From Flavobacterium sp. (GTDB lineage: Bacteria > Bacteroidota > Bacteroidia > Flavobacteriales > Flavobacteriaceae), in contig JADKBW010000014.1 of assembly GCA_016714905.1 (NCBI GenBank), positions 8,987-72,986 of the forward strand: a stretch of 64,000 nt of DNA, given 5' to 3'. Position numbers and translations under genes: made by a program. Shown here in pieces: positions 1-10,569 of this stretch (positions are counted from its first letter, which is position 1; the number at the start of each line of letters is the position of its first letter). The notes below the pieces were generated by a model. The model saw only the letters and a program-made list of their open reading frames with translations. It was not told where the DNA came from and did no database searches.

Positions 1-2113
1 TCGCAGCAGTCCAAGTAGCTGTTCCGTTTGCATCACTAGTTAAAACTTTTCCAGTAGCTTGATTGCCATCAACCATGCGTAGGTTTCCAACCACATGAAG
101 TCGGTCTAGTGGCGTTGTCGTTCCTATCCCTACATTGACATTTGAAGTAGCGCCATTAATCCCGTTAACGCCTCCTAAAACCATGGAATTACTGGCGTCA
201 ACTTGAGCAAAAGCACCAATAGCCGTCGAATTAGTAAGGTTTCCTGCTCCAAAATTGGTTTCGGAACCTAAAGCAGAATTATTATTTCCAGATACAATTC
301 CTTTAAGAGAAGAACTTCCAACGCTAGTATTATTTATTCCAATGGTTAAATTAGATGCAGAAAAGCTGCCTATAGAGGTATTAAATGAACCTGCTGTATT
401 ATTTTGCATGGATCCAAAACCAATACCTACATTGTTTGTTCCAAAATTATTTGAGAATAACGCGCTAGCTCCAAACGCTGAATTGCTAACTCCCGTTGAA
501 TTTGTATGTAGGGCTTGGTATCCAAAAGCTGAATTATCTTGCCCACTCCCCGATAATGCTTCCGCTCCAAAAACCGAATTATTGTTTCCGCTGAATAAAT
601 TATTAAAACCAAAAGAAGTATTACTAGTGCTTATTATACCTGAAGGAATATTTCCTCTTTTGAACACAACATCTGTAAAATCTGAGGTGCCAATATAATT
701 TAATAACGGATTGGTGCCAGAATTTCCGGAAATTCCCCATGCTAAATTTGTTGCGTCTTGCCAAGTGGCTACACCATTATTGTCAGAAGCTAATAACTTT
801 CCGATTCCTTGATTTCCATCTTCCATTCTAATTTTACCCACTATATGCAATCTTTCAAGCGGAAAAACGGTTCCTATTCCAACTTTTGTATCATTAAATG
901 ATCCGTTAAATCCCGATACGCTGCCTAAAACCATAGAATTACTATCACCAACAATTGCGTTTGCTCCAATCGCTGTGGCATTAGTCAAATTGTTTGCCAT
1001 CGTTGTGGCCTCTGACCCTACAGCTGTATTGTTATTACCTGATGAATTTAATTTTAGAGAATTAATTCCAATGGCTGTGTTATTTTCTCCATTAATGTTG
1101 CTGTTTAATGAACTATTGCCTACCGCGGTATTAGCTCTTCCAATCGTATTTGTCATCATTGACTCACTGCCAATCGCTGTATTATTAAAGGAATTATTCA
1201 TGACCAAAGCCCTATAACCAACTGCGGTGGAATATTCGCTGTGCCCTCCAGCTAACGAATTATTTCCTACAGCGGTATTCCCATCTCCATTAATATTCCC
1301 AATCAAGGAATTTTTACCTAAAGACACATTTTCAGAACCTGTAATATTATTAGATTGTGAATTGAATCCAATGGCAGTATTATCATCTGTGTTAATAAAC
1401 TGAAGTGATGAATTACCTATAGCAATATTAAATTCCCCCGTTGTGTTAGTATATAGAGCTTGATTTCCAATTGCTAAATTATTGCTTGCACGATTATTAT
1501 ATAATGATTCAAAGCCTAATGCAATATTGTCATTGCCATTTTGATTAAAATTTAATGATGAATGACCAATCGCAGTATTATTACGTCCTAAATTAATTTG
1601 GGCAAGTGAAAAACTACCAAATGCTGAATTACCAATATTGACAGGGTTCGACATTGAGTTGTTTCCAAAACCAGTATTACCAAACCCTATCAGCCCAGCA
1701 TTACTAAAGTTTCTCCTGAAAACTACATCGGCATTATCGGTAGTTCCAATAAAATTACTACTTGGGTTTGTCCCGGAATTTCCTGCAGTATTCCAACTAT
1801 TGGAATTGTTATTTCCAATTGCAATCCAATCTGCCGAAGAAGTATCCCAGTAATAGAAACCATACACTTTAGAGTTCCCTAAAAAGGTGGTGGTGGTTGT
1901 CAAATACACCAACATGCCTTGTTGCGCTGCCGTCGGATTGATTGCTGGAAAAACATCTATTTTCGGAATTAAAATACCGTCGGTATTACTCGGAGCGACT
2001 TGACTACTTGACTTTATATCGAGTTGCGCATTGGGAGTTGTCGTGTTGATTCCGACTTGCGCCGTTAAAAAATATGCGTGAAATAAAAACAAGAGCAGTA
2101 GTACTTTTTTCAT
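1..2113 (-). CDS. Secreted tail-fibre/trimeric-adhesin-like repeat protein (partial, runs off window start)
   Basis: Absent from the ORF track because it is open at the window edge. ATG at 2113 gives MKKVLLLLFLFHAYFLTAQVGINTTTPNAQLDI. Frame spot-checked at 1795, 739 and 58. Contains N-x-A-[IV]-G repeats and two copies of a W..GNSGTNP...GKV.TSD..G.ATW module. Confidence 0.85.
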   Translation of the reverse strand, partial: MKKVLLLLFLFHAYFLTAQVGINTTTPNAQLDIKSSSQVAPSNTDGILIPKIDVFPAINPTAAQQGMLVYLTTTTTFLGNSKVYGFYYWDTSSADWIAIGNNNSNSWNTAGNSGTNPSSNFIGTTDNADVVFRRNFSNAGLIGFGNTGFGNNSMSNPVNIGNSAFGSFSLAQINLGRNNTAIGHSSLNFNQNGNDNIALGFESLYNNRASNNLAIGNQALYTNTTGEFNIAIGNSSLQFINTDDNTAIGFNSQSNNITGSENVSLGKNSLIGNINGDGNTAVGNNSLAGGHSEYSTAVGYRALVMNNSFNNTAIGSESMMTNTIGRANTAVGNSSLNSNINGENNTAIGINSLKLNSSGNNNTAVGSEATTMANNLTNATAIGANAIVGDSNSMVLGSVSGFNGSFNDTKVGIGTVFPLERLHIVGKIRMEDGNQGIGKLLASDNNGVATWQDATNLAWGISGNSGTNPLLNYIGTSDFTDVVFKRGNIPSGIISTSNTSFGFNNLFSGNNNSVFGAEALSGSGQDNSAFGYQALHTNSTGVSNSAFGASALFSNNFGTNNVGIGFGSMQNNTAGSFNTSIGSFSASNLTIGINNTSVGSSSLKGIVSGNNNSALGSETNFGAGNLTNSTAIGAFAQVDASNSMVLGGVNGINGATSNVNVGIGTTTPLDRLHVVGNLRMVDGNQATGKVLTSDANGTATWTAA

Positions 2114-2217
2114 GATTGCCATTTCGAATATTAGAATGCTTGATTTAACTGTTTAAAAACAAACTATTTACAGCTGCTTTAAAAGGTAAAAATCTAACAA
2201 ATCCGAAGTATTTGCAA

Positions 2218-2233
2218 TACGAAATAGCGGGTA
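2218..2233. promoter_or_regulatory. Putative NarL/LuxR-type 7-2-7 operator upstream of the adhesin-like gene
   Basis: TACGAAA-TA-GCGGGTA, similar to the site at 4755-4770. Confidence 0.45.
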
Positions 2234-2313
2234 TACTTTACCCTTTTTATCGTTAAAAAAGTTGATTTCAACGGAAACTTTGTAAAAAATACGCGCTTTG
2301 GCGTACACGAGTT

Positions 2314-4071
2314 TTAACGGTGTAGGGGAATTTGGATGCGGGTGTACAGCCCATTTTGTGTTTCCATCAAGACAGAACCGTTCATTTCTTCTATTCGTTT
2401 TTGCAGATTTATCAATCCATTTCCGAAATGATTTGAAGCTAACATTCCCAAGCCATTATCTTTTACTTCAATCAGTAAAATTTTTTTATCAAGCGCTACA
2501 ATTTTGACTGTGATTTTACTTGCTTGCGAATGTTTTAGGACATTGTTGAAAATCTCTTTAAGTCCAAAAAACAAACTCTTTCTTGTCTTACCATCAATTA
2601 AAAGCGGCTTATCCGATTCCGTTTGTTCAATGAATCTTAACTCCATGGGCGTGCCTTCAAACAAATTTTCAGCATAAAATTGCACGTATTCTTTAAAATC
2701 ACGAAGCGTGTTATGCTCCGTATTCAGAGACCAAACAAAGGTGTTAATTCGCTGCGAAACTTCACGCGCCGTATCATTAATTTTTAGGAGTAGTACTTTT
2801 TGCTTCGCATCGACATCGCCATTTTTCTGCAACAAGTCGGAATGAATCAAAATACTCGAAATGCCACTACCAATATCATCGTGCAAATCTTTACTAATGT
2901 CGTTTTTTTGCTTCAATAGTGTGGAATTAATTTTACTTTTTCTCCGGATATACAAGATGACAAATGCCAATAAAAACAACAATAGAATGGCAATTATCAA
3001 CTGAAACAAAACAATGTCTTTTTGTTTCTTGAGTTTTAAAACCTCCAATGACAACACCTTTTTCTCATTCTTTACATATTGATCTGTAAAATTTTGTAGA
3101 TATAAATTTCCGTCAATTTGAGCTCTAGAATCGATGTCTATGATTTGATCTTGACAATAGATGGTCTTTTGACTGTCGACAGTTCTAAAAACATCCAGCG
3201 CTTTCGTGAAAAAGTACTTTTGAAAAGCAGCATTGACCATTCGGAGGTTCATCAATTGTAAACCTTTTTGATAAAAAGCCTCGCGCAACTTTGCATTATT
3301 GCTATGGCATTGCATCAAAAAACCGTAATCTAAAAGCACAATATCATAATACGCACTTTTAGTCGCTGAATCGATACTTCTTTCAAAATAATAAGCCGCA
3401 CTATCGGGCATTTTCTTCATCAAATAAATTTCGCCAAAAGTTTGTTCGGTATTGGGTATGCCTCTTCTGCTTTTTGCTTTCAAAGCAAAGTCATAAGCTT
3501 TTTTATTGTAGAAAAATGCGGAGTCTAATTCGTGAAGTTTGATCTTAACTTGCGCCAGATTATTGTAAATATGTTCGTTTTGAATGATTGCCCGCATCCT
3601 TTTCGGCGCTTGTACTTTTGGATAAATTTTACTGGATTTCCAAAGTGATTCTTGAGCGTCTTTGTATTGCTTTAATTCGATTTGATGGATGCCAAGAAAA
3701 AAATAACCATCTGCAATGAGTAGATTGTCTTTATTCTTTTTAGCAATCAATATTTCCTTTAGCGACTCATCTTTACCAAATTGGAATAAGCCACTATAGT
3801 AGAACAATTCCGACTGCAAACTATGAATAAGGCAAGCGGTTGAATCCGCAACTCTTGGATTTAGAAAGTCTCTTGCTATGTTTAACCATTTCTGGGAAGC
3901 ATCAATATTATCCGTATCTAAGTAATACTCTGCAGTCGTAAACGCATAGAGAATCTTATCGTTAGTGGTACTACTCCTTTTGAATTTTTCAATAGATAAT
4001 AGCTCCGGAGTCGTTTGAGCGGTTCCCAAATAAAAAAAGAGAAGAAAAAGTGCGATTGCCTTATTTTTCAT
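2314..4071 (-). CDS. TPR-containing sensor histidine kinase (HisKA_3 type)
   Basis: Signal peptide, TPR-like helices, TM segment, ISKDLHDDIG H-box, EIFNNVLKHS and DNGLG boxes. Confidence 0.92.
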   Translation of the reverse strand: MKNKAIALFLLFFYLGTAQTTPELLSIEKFKRSSTTNDKILYAFTTAEYYLDTDNIDASQKWLNIARDFLNPRVADSTACLIHSLQSELFYYSGLFQFGKDESLKEILIAKKNKDNLLIADGYFFLGIHQIELKQYKDAQESLWKSSKIYPKVQAPKRMRAIIQNEHIYNNLAQVKIKLHELDSAFFYNKKAYDFALKAKSRRGIPNTEQTFGEIYLMKKMPDSAAYYFERSIDSATKSAYYDIVLLDYGFLMQCHSNNAKLREAFYQKGLQLMNLRMVNAAFQKYFFTKALDVFRTVDSQKTIYCQDQIIDIDSRAQIDGNLYLQNFTDQYVKNEKKVLSLEVLKLKKQKDIVLFQLIIAILLLFLLAFVILYIRRKSKINSTLLKQKNDISKDLHDDIGSGISSILIHSDLLQKNGDVDAKQKVLLLKINDTAREVSQRINTFVWSLNTEHNTLRDFKEYVQFYAENLFEGTPMELRFIEQTESDKPLLIDGKTRKSLFFGLKEIFNNVLKHSQASKITVKIVALDKKILLIEVKDNGLGMLASNHFGNGLINLQKRIEEMNGSVLMETQNGLYTRIQIPLHR

Positions 4072-4078
4072 TTTTCTG

Positions 4079-4705
4079 CTACCGTTTTAGATAAAGATTT
4101 ACTGCTTCTACTCGGGTATTGACATGCAGTTTTTCATAAATATGTTGAATGTGTTTGCGCACCGTTCCGATACTAATCTCTAACTCGGCAGCCACTTCCT
4201 TATTCATTCTTCCTCTTGCCAGCGAATCTAGAATTTCCCGTTCTCTGGAAGTTAGGGTTTCGACATTGATATTGCTCGCATCCACCTTTGAAAAGCTTGC
4301 GACCACTTTTCGAGCAATACTGCTACTCATAGGACTGCCGCCTTCAAAAAGTTCGTTTAATGCATTGATGATCTTCGCAGGACCATCTGTTTTGAGTATG
4401 TATCCACTGGCACCAGCTTTAAGACTTTGAAATATTTTGTCGTCGTCTTCATAAGAAGTGCACATCAAAAAAAGTACTTTAGGACTATCCAATTTCCATC
4501 GTTTCACACATTCAATACCGCTTTCTCCAGGAAGATTTATATCCATAAGCACAGCATCAACTTCAATTTCGTCTGCTTTTTCAAGTGCTTCTTCAGCATT
4601 TTGAAAGGTGCAAACCAATTCATAGTTATCTGTAAATTGAATCATCAAGCTCATCGCTTCACGCAAATCTCGGTCATCTTCAACAATAGCAATATTTCTT
4701 TTCAT
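4079..4705 (-). CDS. NarL/LuxR family response regulator
   Basis: REC domain (IVEDD, MDINLP) plus LTSREREIL...TVRKHIQHIYEKL HTH. Confidence 0.95.
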   Translation of the reverse strand: MKRNIAIVEDDRDLREAMSLMIQFTDNYELVCTFQNAEEALEKADEIEVDAVLMDINLPGESGIECVKRWKLDSPKVLFLMCTSYEDDDKIFQSLKAGASGYILKTDGPAKIINALNELFEGGSPMSSSIARKVVASFSKVDASNINVETLTSREREILDSLARGRMNKEVAAELEISIGTVRKHIQHIYEKLHVNTRVEAVNLYLKR

Positions 4706-4754
4706 CTATTCAGATATAAAGTACAATGTTAAAGATACTATTTAAATTATGAAA

Positions 4755-4770
4755 TACGCTATTGCGCGTA
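4755..4770. promoter_or_regulatory. Putative NarL/LuxR-type 7-2-7 operator upstream of the response regulator
   Basis: TACGCTA-TT-GCGCGTA imperfect inverted repeat. Confidence 0.45.
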
Positions 4771-4922
4771 ATGGTTGCCATGCTAAACAACAAATAAATT
4801 AGCCTATTACTTTACGGCAAGAGCTACAAAAATACCAATTGATGAGTTGGATTTAGAAACTGCACGGCATTACAATACACCCGAATATAGGCGTTGGTCA
4901 AGGACTTCTACTTGAAAATGCA

Positions 4923-4992
4923 GCCCTAGCCCTGATGGCAGCGGCATCCTTTTGTGAAGCAAAGCGGAACAAAAGATATAGCGTACAGCAGG
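4923..4992 (+). ncRNA. Flavo-1-like structured intergenic element (copy 1)
   Basis: GCCCTAGCCCTGATGGCAGCGGCATCCTTTTGT...ACAAAAGATATAGCGTACAGCAGG, closely similar to 49924-49991. Family name is from recollection. Confidence 0.6.
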
Positions 4993-5097
4993 TTCCCGGC
5001 TCCTTATTATTCCGATGAAAAAATAACAATTGTTCGTCTCTTTCTCGAAAATGTTTCCTTAAATTTGCAAACGTTTTCGTAAACCAAATTAAACACT

Positions 5098-6276
5098 ATG
5101 AGACCCGATTTATTTCAAGCTCCAGATTACTATTTGTTAGATGATTTATTGACTGAAGAACATAAATTAGTGCGTGATTCCGCTCGTGCTTGGGTGAAAC
5201 GTGAAGTTTCTCCTATCATTGAAGATTATGCGCAACGTGCCGAATTCCCGAAACAAATCATCAAAGGTTTGGGTGAAATTGGCGGTTTTGGACCGTACAT
5301 TCCTGAAGAATACGGCGGTGCTGGATTAGATCAAATCTCTTACGGATTGATCATGCAAGAAATAGAACGCGGTGATTCTGGCGTTCGCTCGACCTCATCG
5401 GTACAATCGTCTTTGGTAATGTACCCGATTTGGAAATTCGGAACAGAAGAACAACGCAAAAAATATTTACCCAAATTAGCGACAGGAGAATTCATGGGTT
5501 GCTTCGGTTTGACTGAGCCTGATTTTGGTTCCAATCCGAGTGGCATGGTGACCAACTATAAAGATATGGGCGACCATTATTTATTGAACGGTGCTAAAAT
5601 GTGGATTTCGAACGCGCCATTCGCCGATGTTGCTGTGGTTTGGGCGAAAAATGAAGAAGGAAGAATTCACGGACTTATCGTAGAACGTGGCATGGAAGGT
5701 TTTACCACGCCAGAAACACACAACAAATGGTCACTTCGCGCTTCGGCAACTGGTGAATTGGTGTTTAATAACGTGAAAGTTCCTAAAGAGAACTTGATGC
5801 CAGGAAAATCTGGTTTGGGTGCTCCGATGCAATGTTTAGATTCGGCTCGTTATGGAATCGCTTGGGGTGCCATCGGCGCTGCAATGGATTGCTATGATAC
5901 GGCTTTGCGTTATGCGAAAGAAAGAATTCAGTTTGATAAACCCATTGCTTCTTTCCAATTACAACAAAAGAAATTGGCGGAAATGATTACGGAAATTACC
6001 AAAGCGCAATTGCTTACTTGGCGTTTGGGTGTTTTGCGAAATGAAGGCAAAGCAACCACAGCACAAATCTCGATGGCGAAAAGAAATAATGTGGATATGG
6101 CGATTCACATCGCTCGTGAAGCTCGTCAGATTTTAGGTGGCATGGGAATTACAGGAGAATATTCTATCATGCGTCATAGTATGAATTTAGAGTCAGTGAT
6201 TACTTATGAAGGGACGCATGACATTCACTTGTTGATTACTGGTGCTGACATTACTGGAATTCCGGCGTTTAAATAA
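5098..6276 (+). CDS. Acyl-CoA dehydrogenase (glutaryl-CoA dehydrogenase-like)
   Basis: GCFGLTEPDFGSNP, LNGAKMWISN and TYEGTHDIH motifs. Confidence 0.93.
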   Translation: MRPDLFQAPDYYLLDDLLTEEHKLVRDSARAWVKREVSPIIEDYAQRAEFPKQIIKGLGEIGGFGPYIPEEYGGAGLDQISYGLIMQEIERGDSGVRSTSSVQSSLVMYPIWKFGTEEQRKKYLPKLATGEFMGCFGLTEPDFGSNPSGMVTNYKDMGDHYLLNGAKMWISNAPFADVAVVWAKNEEGRIHGLIVERGMEGFTTPETHNKWSLRASATGELVFNNVKVPKENLMPGKSGLGAPMQCLDSARYGIAWGAIGAAMDCYDTALRYAKERIQFDKPIASFQLQQKKLAEMITEITKAQLLTWRLGVLRNEGKATTAQISMAKRNNVDMAIHIAREARQILGGMGITGEYSIMRHSMNLESVITYEGTHDIHLLITGADITGIPAFK

Positions 6277-6377
6277 GAACTAAAGTTTGAACGATTAAGG
6301 TATTAATAGTCATTTAGTTTTTGTCCCTTATGAAACCTAATGACTTAATTTTCAAATAAAATTAAATCGATTTTACT

Positions 6378-6452
6378 CTTATATTTCCTTATATGCCTTT
6401 TATGGTTGGCTAATATTTTTTTAACCATATAAGACATATAAGGAAATATAAG
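6378..6452. repeat. REP-like ~30-bp-arm inverted repeat
   Basis: CTTATATTTCCTTATATGCCTTTTATGGTT ... AACCATATAAGACATATAAGGAAATATAAG. Confidence 0.7.
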
Positions 6453-6597
6453 GCTTTTAGATGACTTCAGAATTTTATATCGTCTTGTTTGCGGCAGTAA
6501 AATTTAGTAAATCAACAACTATTAAAGTATTAATAAATTCAACCGAAAAGCTTCTTGGAAACGAGAGGCTTTTTTACATTTACAAAAAAATTTGCTA

Positions 6598-7425
6598 TGA
6601 TCATCGAGACCATCAATGCTAGTATTCAAAACCAAAAACAGCAATTGATACAACATTCGTTGTATCAAAAAGTGCAAACTTTAGACGACTTGCATTGCTT
6701 TTTAGAAAGTCATGTGTATGCGGTTTGGGATTTTATGTCACTCTTGAAAGCTTTACAATCGCAATTGACTTGCACGACAACGCCTTGGTTTGCGACAAGC
6801 AATCCTGAAATTCGCTACTTGATCAATGAAATTGTGGTGGCAGAAGAAAGCGATTTGACATTAGAAGGCAAACGCCAAAGTCATTTTGAAATGTATGTGG
6901 ACGCGATGAAATCATGCGGTGCCGACACCTCCGAAATAGAGCATTTTATTGCCAACGTGTTTTCCTTTCAAAACATCTTCGTGGCAATAAAGCAAAGCCA
7001 TTTGCATCCGAATATGAAAGCTTTTTTAGATTTTACATTTCAAATCATTGAAGAGGAAAATCTAAAATTGCCGGGCATTTACTTTCGGACGGGAAGATTT
7101 GATTCCGAGCATGTTTACCGAAATCTTGAAAAACTTCCAAGAAAACTTTCCGGAAACCGATTTGTCGAAATTGATTTATTATTTCGAAAGACACATCGAA
7201 ATTGATGCTGATGAACACGGACCGATGGCGATGCAAATGATAGCTGAACTTTGTGGTGACGATGCCGAAAAATGGGAAGAAGTAAAAGAAACTTCAATGT
7301 TGGCTTTAGAAAAACGCATTGGACTTTGGGACGCGATCGAAGAGAAAATTGCCGTGAAAACCAAATGGTCTAAAACAACGAATACAATTATATGGTCACT
7401 GGGAATCAAAAAAAGGGTGTTATGA
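6598..7425 (+). CDS. DUF3050 (heme-oxygenase-like) protein, split by indels near 7060-7100
   Basis: HVYAVWDFMSLLKALQ and SHFEMY in ORF 6555-7205; YFERHIEIDADEHGPMA in ORF 7099-7425; the linking FTFGREDLIP is present in the second frame. Confidence 0.85.
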
Positions 7426-8111
7426 AATTATGGTATTTGTTGCTTTTTATTGGTTTATTCGGTTGTGACAAAGACCAAACGATTCCTTTTTATGGCTATG
7501 GAAACCCGAAACAAATCAATTATTTGGCGTTGGGTGATAGTTATACAATTGGTGAAAGTGTCTGCACGACTTGCCGATTTCCGGAGCAACTTAAAGCGAG
7601 TTTACAAGCCTCTTATCCGAACAATTCTTTTCTTTTGCAAGTCATTGCTAAAACAGGTTGGACCACTACAAATTTATTATCTGAAATCAATTTAGTGAAT
7701 CCTTCCACCAACTTCGACTTAGTGACGCTCTTAATCGGCGTCAACAATCAATACCAAAACAAACCGTTTTCGCTATACGAAACCGAATTTCCGCAATTAG
7801 TGACAAAAGCAATTGCTTTGGCAAAAGGCGATAAATCGAATGTGATTGTGGTTTCGATTCCTGACTATGCTTACACGCCGTTTGGGCAAGGCGCCATAAA
7901 TATTTCGACTGCTATTGATCAATACAACGCGTTTGCGCAAAATTATTGTGCGCAGAATGAAATTGCGTTTGTCAACATTACCGATATTACCCGACTGGGA
8001 TTATCTCAGCCTGAATTAGTGGCGAATGATGGTTTGCATCCTTCGGAATTAGCGTATTCCAAATTTGTGGAGCGGATAATTCCGAGTGCATTGACAGCAA
8101 TCGGGAACTAA
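7422..8111 (+). CDS. SGNH/GDSL hydrolase lipoprotein
   Basis: LALGDSYTIG, LLIGVNNQY and DGLHPS motifs; lipobox LFGC. Confidence 0.92.
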   Translation: MKLWYLLLFIGLFGCDKDQTIPFYGYGNPKQINYLALGDSYTIGESVCTTCRFPEQLKASLQASYPNNSFLLQVIAKTGWTTTNLLSEINLVNPSTNFDLVTLLIGVNNQYQNKPFSLYETEFPQLVTKAIALAKGDKSNVIVVSIPDYAYTPFGQGAINISTAIDQYNAFAQNYCAQNEIAFVNITDITRLGLSQPELVANDGLHPSELAYSKFVERIIPSALTAIGN

Positions 8112-8228
8112 AAACTTTTTGAGATTCCTCAATTTATCGGTTCGCATTTTTATCTTTGGTTGCTTATTTACTATTTGAATATAAAGTGATTGTATTATTT
8201 TTAGGCGAAATTTGACCTTTTTAAACCA

Positions 8229-9113
8229 ATGAAAGCAAGGACAACCGACATTGATCTTAAACGAAAGGAATCAGAAATACCTGTGCATTCGCTGGAGTAT
8301 GGTTCTACTCATGTCAATATCCTACCGCTAGACTACAACAATCCTTACGATTACAAAAGAGAGCACCGCCATACGTACTTTGAAATCATGTTAATCGCTC
8401 GTGGCGGAGGTAATCAATTGATAGATTTTAATAATTATCCGGCATTAGATAACAGCTGTTATATCATTTCTCCGCAACAAGTACATTTAATGAACAGGAA
8501 TGGTTCTTTGGGAACTATCATTCAATTTACGGAGGAAAAAATCAATTCTCCTGAACTACGTGCTGCGCTGAAAGACCATTCTTTTGATGAAAAAGCGGCC
8601 GTTATTTTTGAGAATCGCCAAGATTTATTGGATGGATGTCTTGTTTTGACCAACATGATCAAAGCGGCAATTTCTCGCGACACTAAAGAAAGTGCACTTT
8701 CCGTTACCCATTTATTATGCGCTTTGGTGTCTCTGCTTCTCGAAAACCGCGTTCATGCTGAGCAGGTCGCCATCGATCAGCATAAAAAACTATTGCTCCA
8801 TTTTTATCAACTGCTTGACGTTCATTACTGTGAAAACTTGAGCGTGAAAGGTTATGTTCAAAAACTAGCCACGACCGAAAAGAAGCTAGCGGTTGCAACT
8901 GCCAAATACGCTGGATTAAGTCCATTGCAAGTTATTCACAACAGAATTCTCCTCGAAGCCAAACGAATTTTATTGTTTGAAGATTCGTCTCATAAGGAAA
9001 TTTCATTTCGATTGGGATTTGATTCACCGTCGTCATTTTCATCCTTTATTAAGACAAAAACCGGATTTACTCCTTCCGAATTAAGTAAGTACTTGGTGGA
9101 AATTCATAAGTAA
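8229..9113 (+). CDS. AraC family transcriptional regulator
   Basis: Cupin HRHTYFEI; C-terminal LLEAKRIL...LGFDSPSSFSSFIK..TGFTPSE. Confidence 0.93.
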   Translation: MKARTTDIDLKRKESEIPVHSLEYGSTHVNILPLDYNNPYDYKREHRHTYFEIMLIARGGGNQLIDFNNYPALDNSCYIISPQQVHLMNRNGSLGTIIQFTEEKINSPELRAALKDHSFDEKAAVIFENRQDLLDGCLVLTNMIKAAISRDTKESALSVTHLLCALVSLLLENRVHAEQVAIDQHKKLLLHFYQLLDVHYCENLSVKGYVQKLATTEKKLAVATAKYAGLSPLQVIHNRILLEAKRILLFEDSSHKEISFRLGFDSPSSFSSFIKTKTGFTPSELSKYLVEIHK

Positions 9114-9284
9114 TTGTCGGATTTTCCTAATTTCCATTTCCTACTGTTGATTTATCTTTGTTTTCAGCTTAGGGCAGGATCGAACTCCTATTACCCGACA
9201 CTAAAAAAAAATACAAGAAACCATATCGCATTGCTTGAACTTCAAAAAGTGCGATACTTTTACTAACTTAAAAAAAAGGAAATT

Positions 9285-10480
9285 ATGAAAAGAGTAGAAC
9301 TATTTTTTGTCAGTCTTGTCTTCTTAACCTCATCAACCATTGTGGCGCAATGGGTTCAAAAACTTCTGGCACAACCGATTTTTTGACAGGAATTCACTTT
9401 CCTTCTGCAAACGTCGGCTTTATAGTTGGCATTGGAGGAACTATTTTGAAAACTACTGATGTAGGTGAAACTTGGAATACGGTATATTCCAACACAAACG
9501 CTTCTTTTAAGTCAGTGTATTTTATTAACGAATCTGTTGGATTTGCCGTTGGAAATAACATGTTAAAAACTATCGACGGGGGAAATAGCTGGGAACTCAT
9601 CCAACCTTTCATTACCGACATCAATAAAATTACATTTATCACCAATCAAATGGGATTCTTGATTACTTCGACTAGTCTTTATAAAACTGTCGATGGCGGA
9701 AATAACTGGGCTTTAAAGTCTTCTATGCCTTGCATGTCAATAAGTTTTCCTTCTACAAATGTGGGCTATGTTCATGGTGATAACAATTCCATTTTCAAGA
9801 CCACTGATGGAGGAGAAACTTGGACACTTTCAACCCCGAACGCCAATCCAGGCAACATTTCCATTGTAAGCACTATGTTTTTTACAGCAGAAGATAAAGG
9901 TTTTTTTGGTGGTTACTATTATGGCGCTTTTACAAAAACGTTAGATGGTGGAGCAGTGTGGAACTGCATCAATACCGATTGTCAATCTGATATTGGTGTT
10001 GGCATAAGATCCATTTATTTCTCCTCAGCTACTATTGGATATGCCGTATGTCAATCTCAGAATAACATTCTAAAAACTGTTGATGGTGGTGAAACTTGGA
10101 CTTCACAAAACATAGCTGAAGCAACACTAAATGATGTGTTTTTTAGCGATGAAAATATTGGATTTATCGTTGGAAGTAGTGGTGAAATATTTAAAACAGA
10201 AAATGGTGGAAATCTAGGTGTTATCGCAACTTCGCCAGACACTATCGCGATTTATCCCAACCCGACTGCTGATCAATTACGAATTGATGTTGATTCTAAT
10301 TTGATGTTTCCTTTGCATTTTGAATTGAATAATATTCTAGGAGAAAATTTGATTGACGAAAGTTTATTTTCAAATTCAAATACAATTGAACTCTCCAATT
10401 TTTCAAAAGGCGTATATGTATATCAGTTGCTTAACGCCAATGACGAGATTATCAAAATTGGAAAAATAATTAAAGAGTAA
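9285..10480 (+). CDS. YCF48/BNR-repeat beta-propeller protein with T9SS C-terminal domain (1-nt frameshift near 9360)
   Basis: Repeated KT.DGG.TW; YPNPT...GVY..KIIKE CTD. The signal peptide MKRVELFFVSLVFLTSSTIVAQW from 9285 joins the ORF if one A is added to the run at 9358-9362. Confidence 0.88.
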
Positions 10481-10534
10481 AGTGAAGCCCTAAAACAGAG
10501 CTGATTTTACAAGGGAATGGCTTGACTTGAATAT

Positions 10535-10569
10535 CCAATCCGTTTTACGAAAGTAGGACGGATTGTTTT
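10535..10569. terminator. Hairpin terminator between convergent genes
   Basis: CAATCCGTTTTAC-GAAA-GTAGGACGGATTG followed by a T run. Confidence 0.65.

Noticed and set aside
255-1853. Plus-strand ORFs 255-698, 975-1217 and 1638-1853
   Set aside because: Antisense shadows of the repetitive minus-strand gene 2113 to <1.
9168-9190. tRNA fragment/att site (reverse complement GGAGTTCGATCCT)
   Set aside because: Too short, no acceptor stem, and no partner repeat or integrase nearby.
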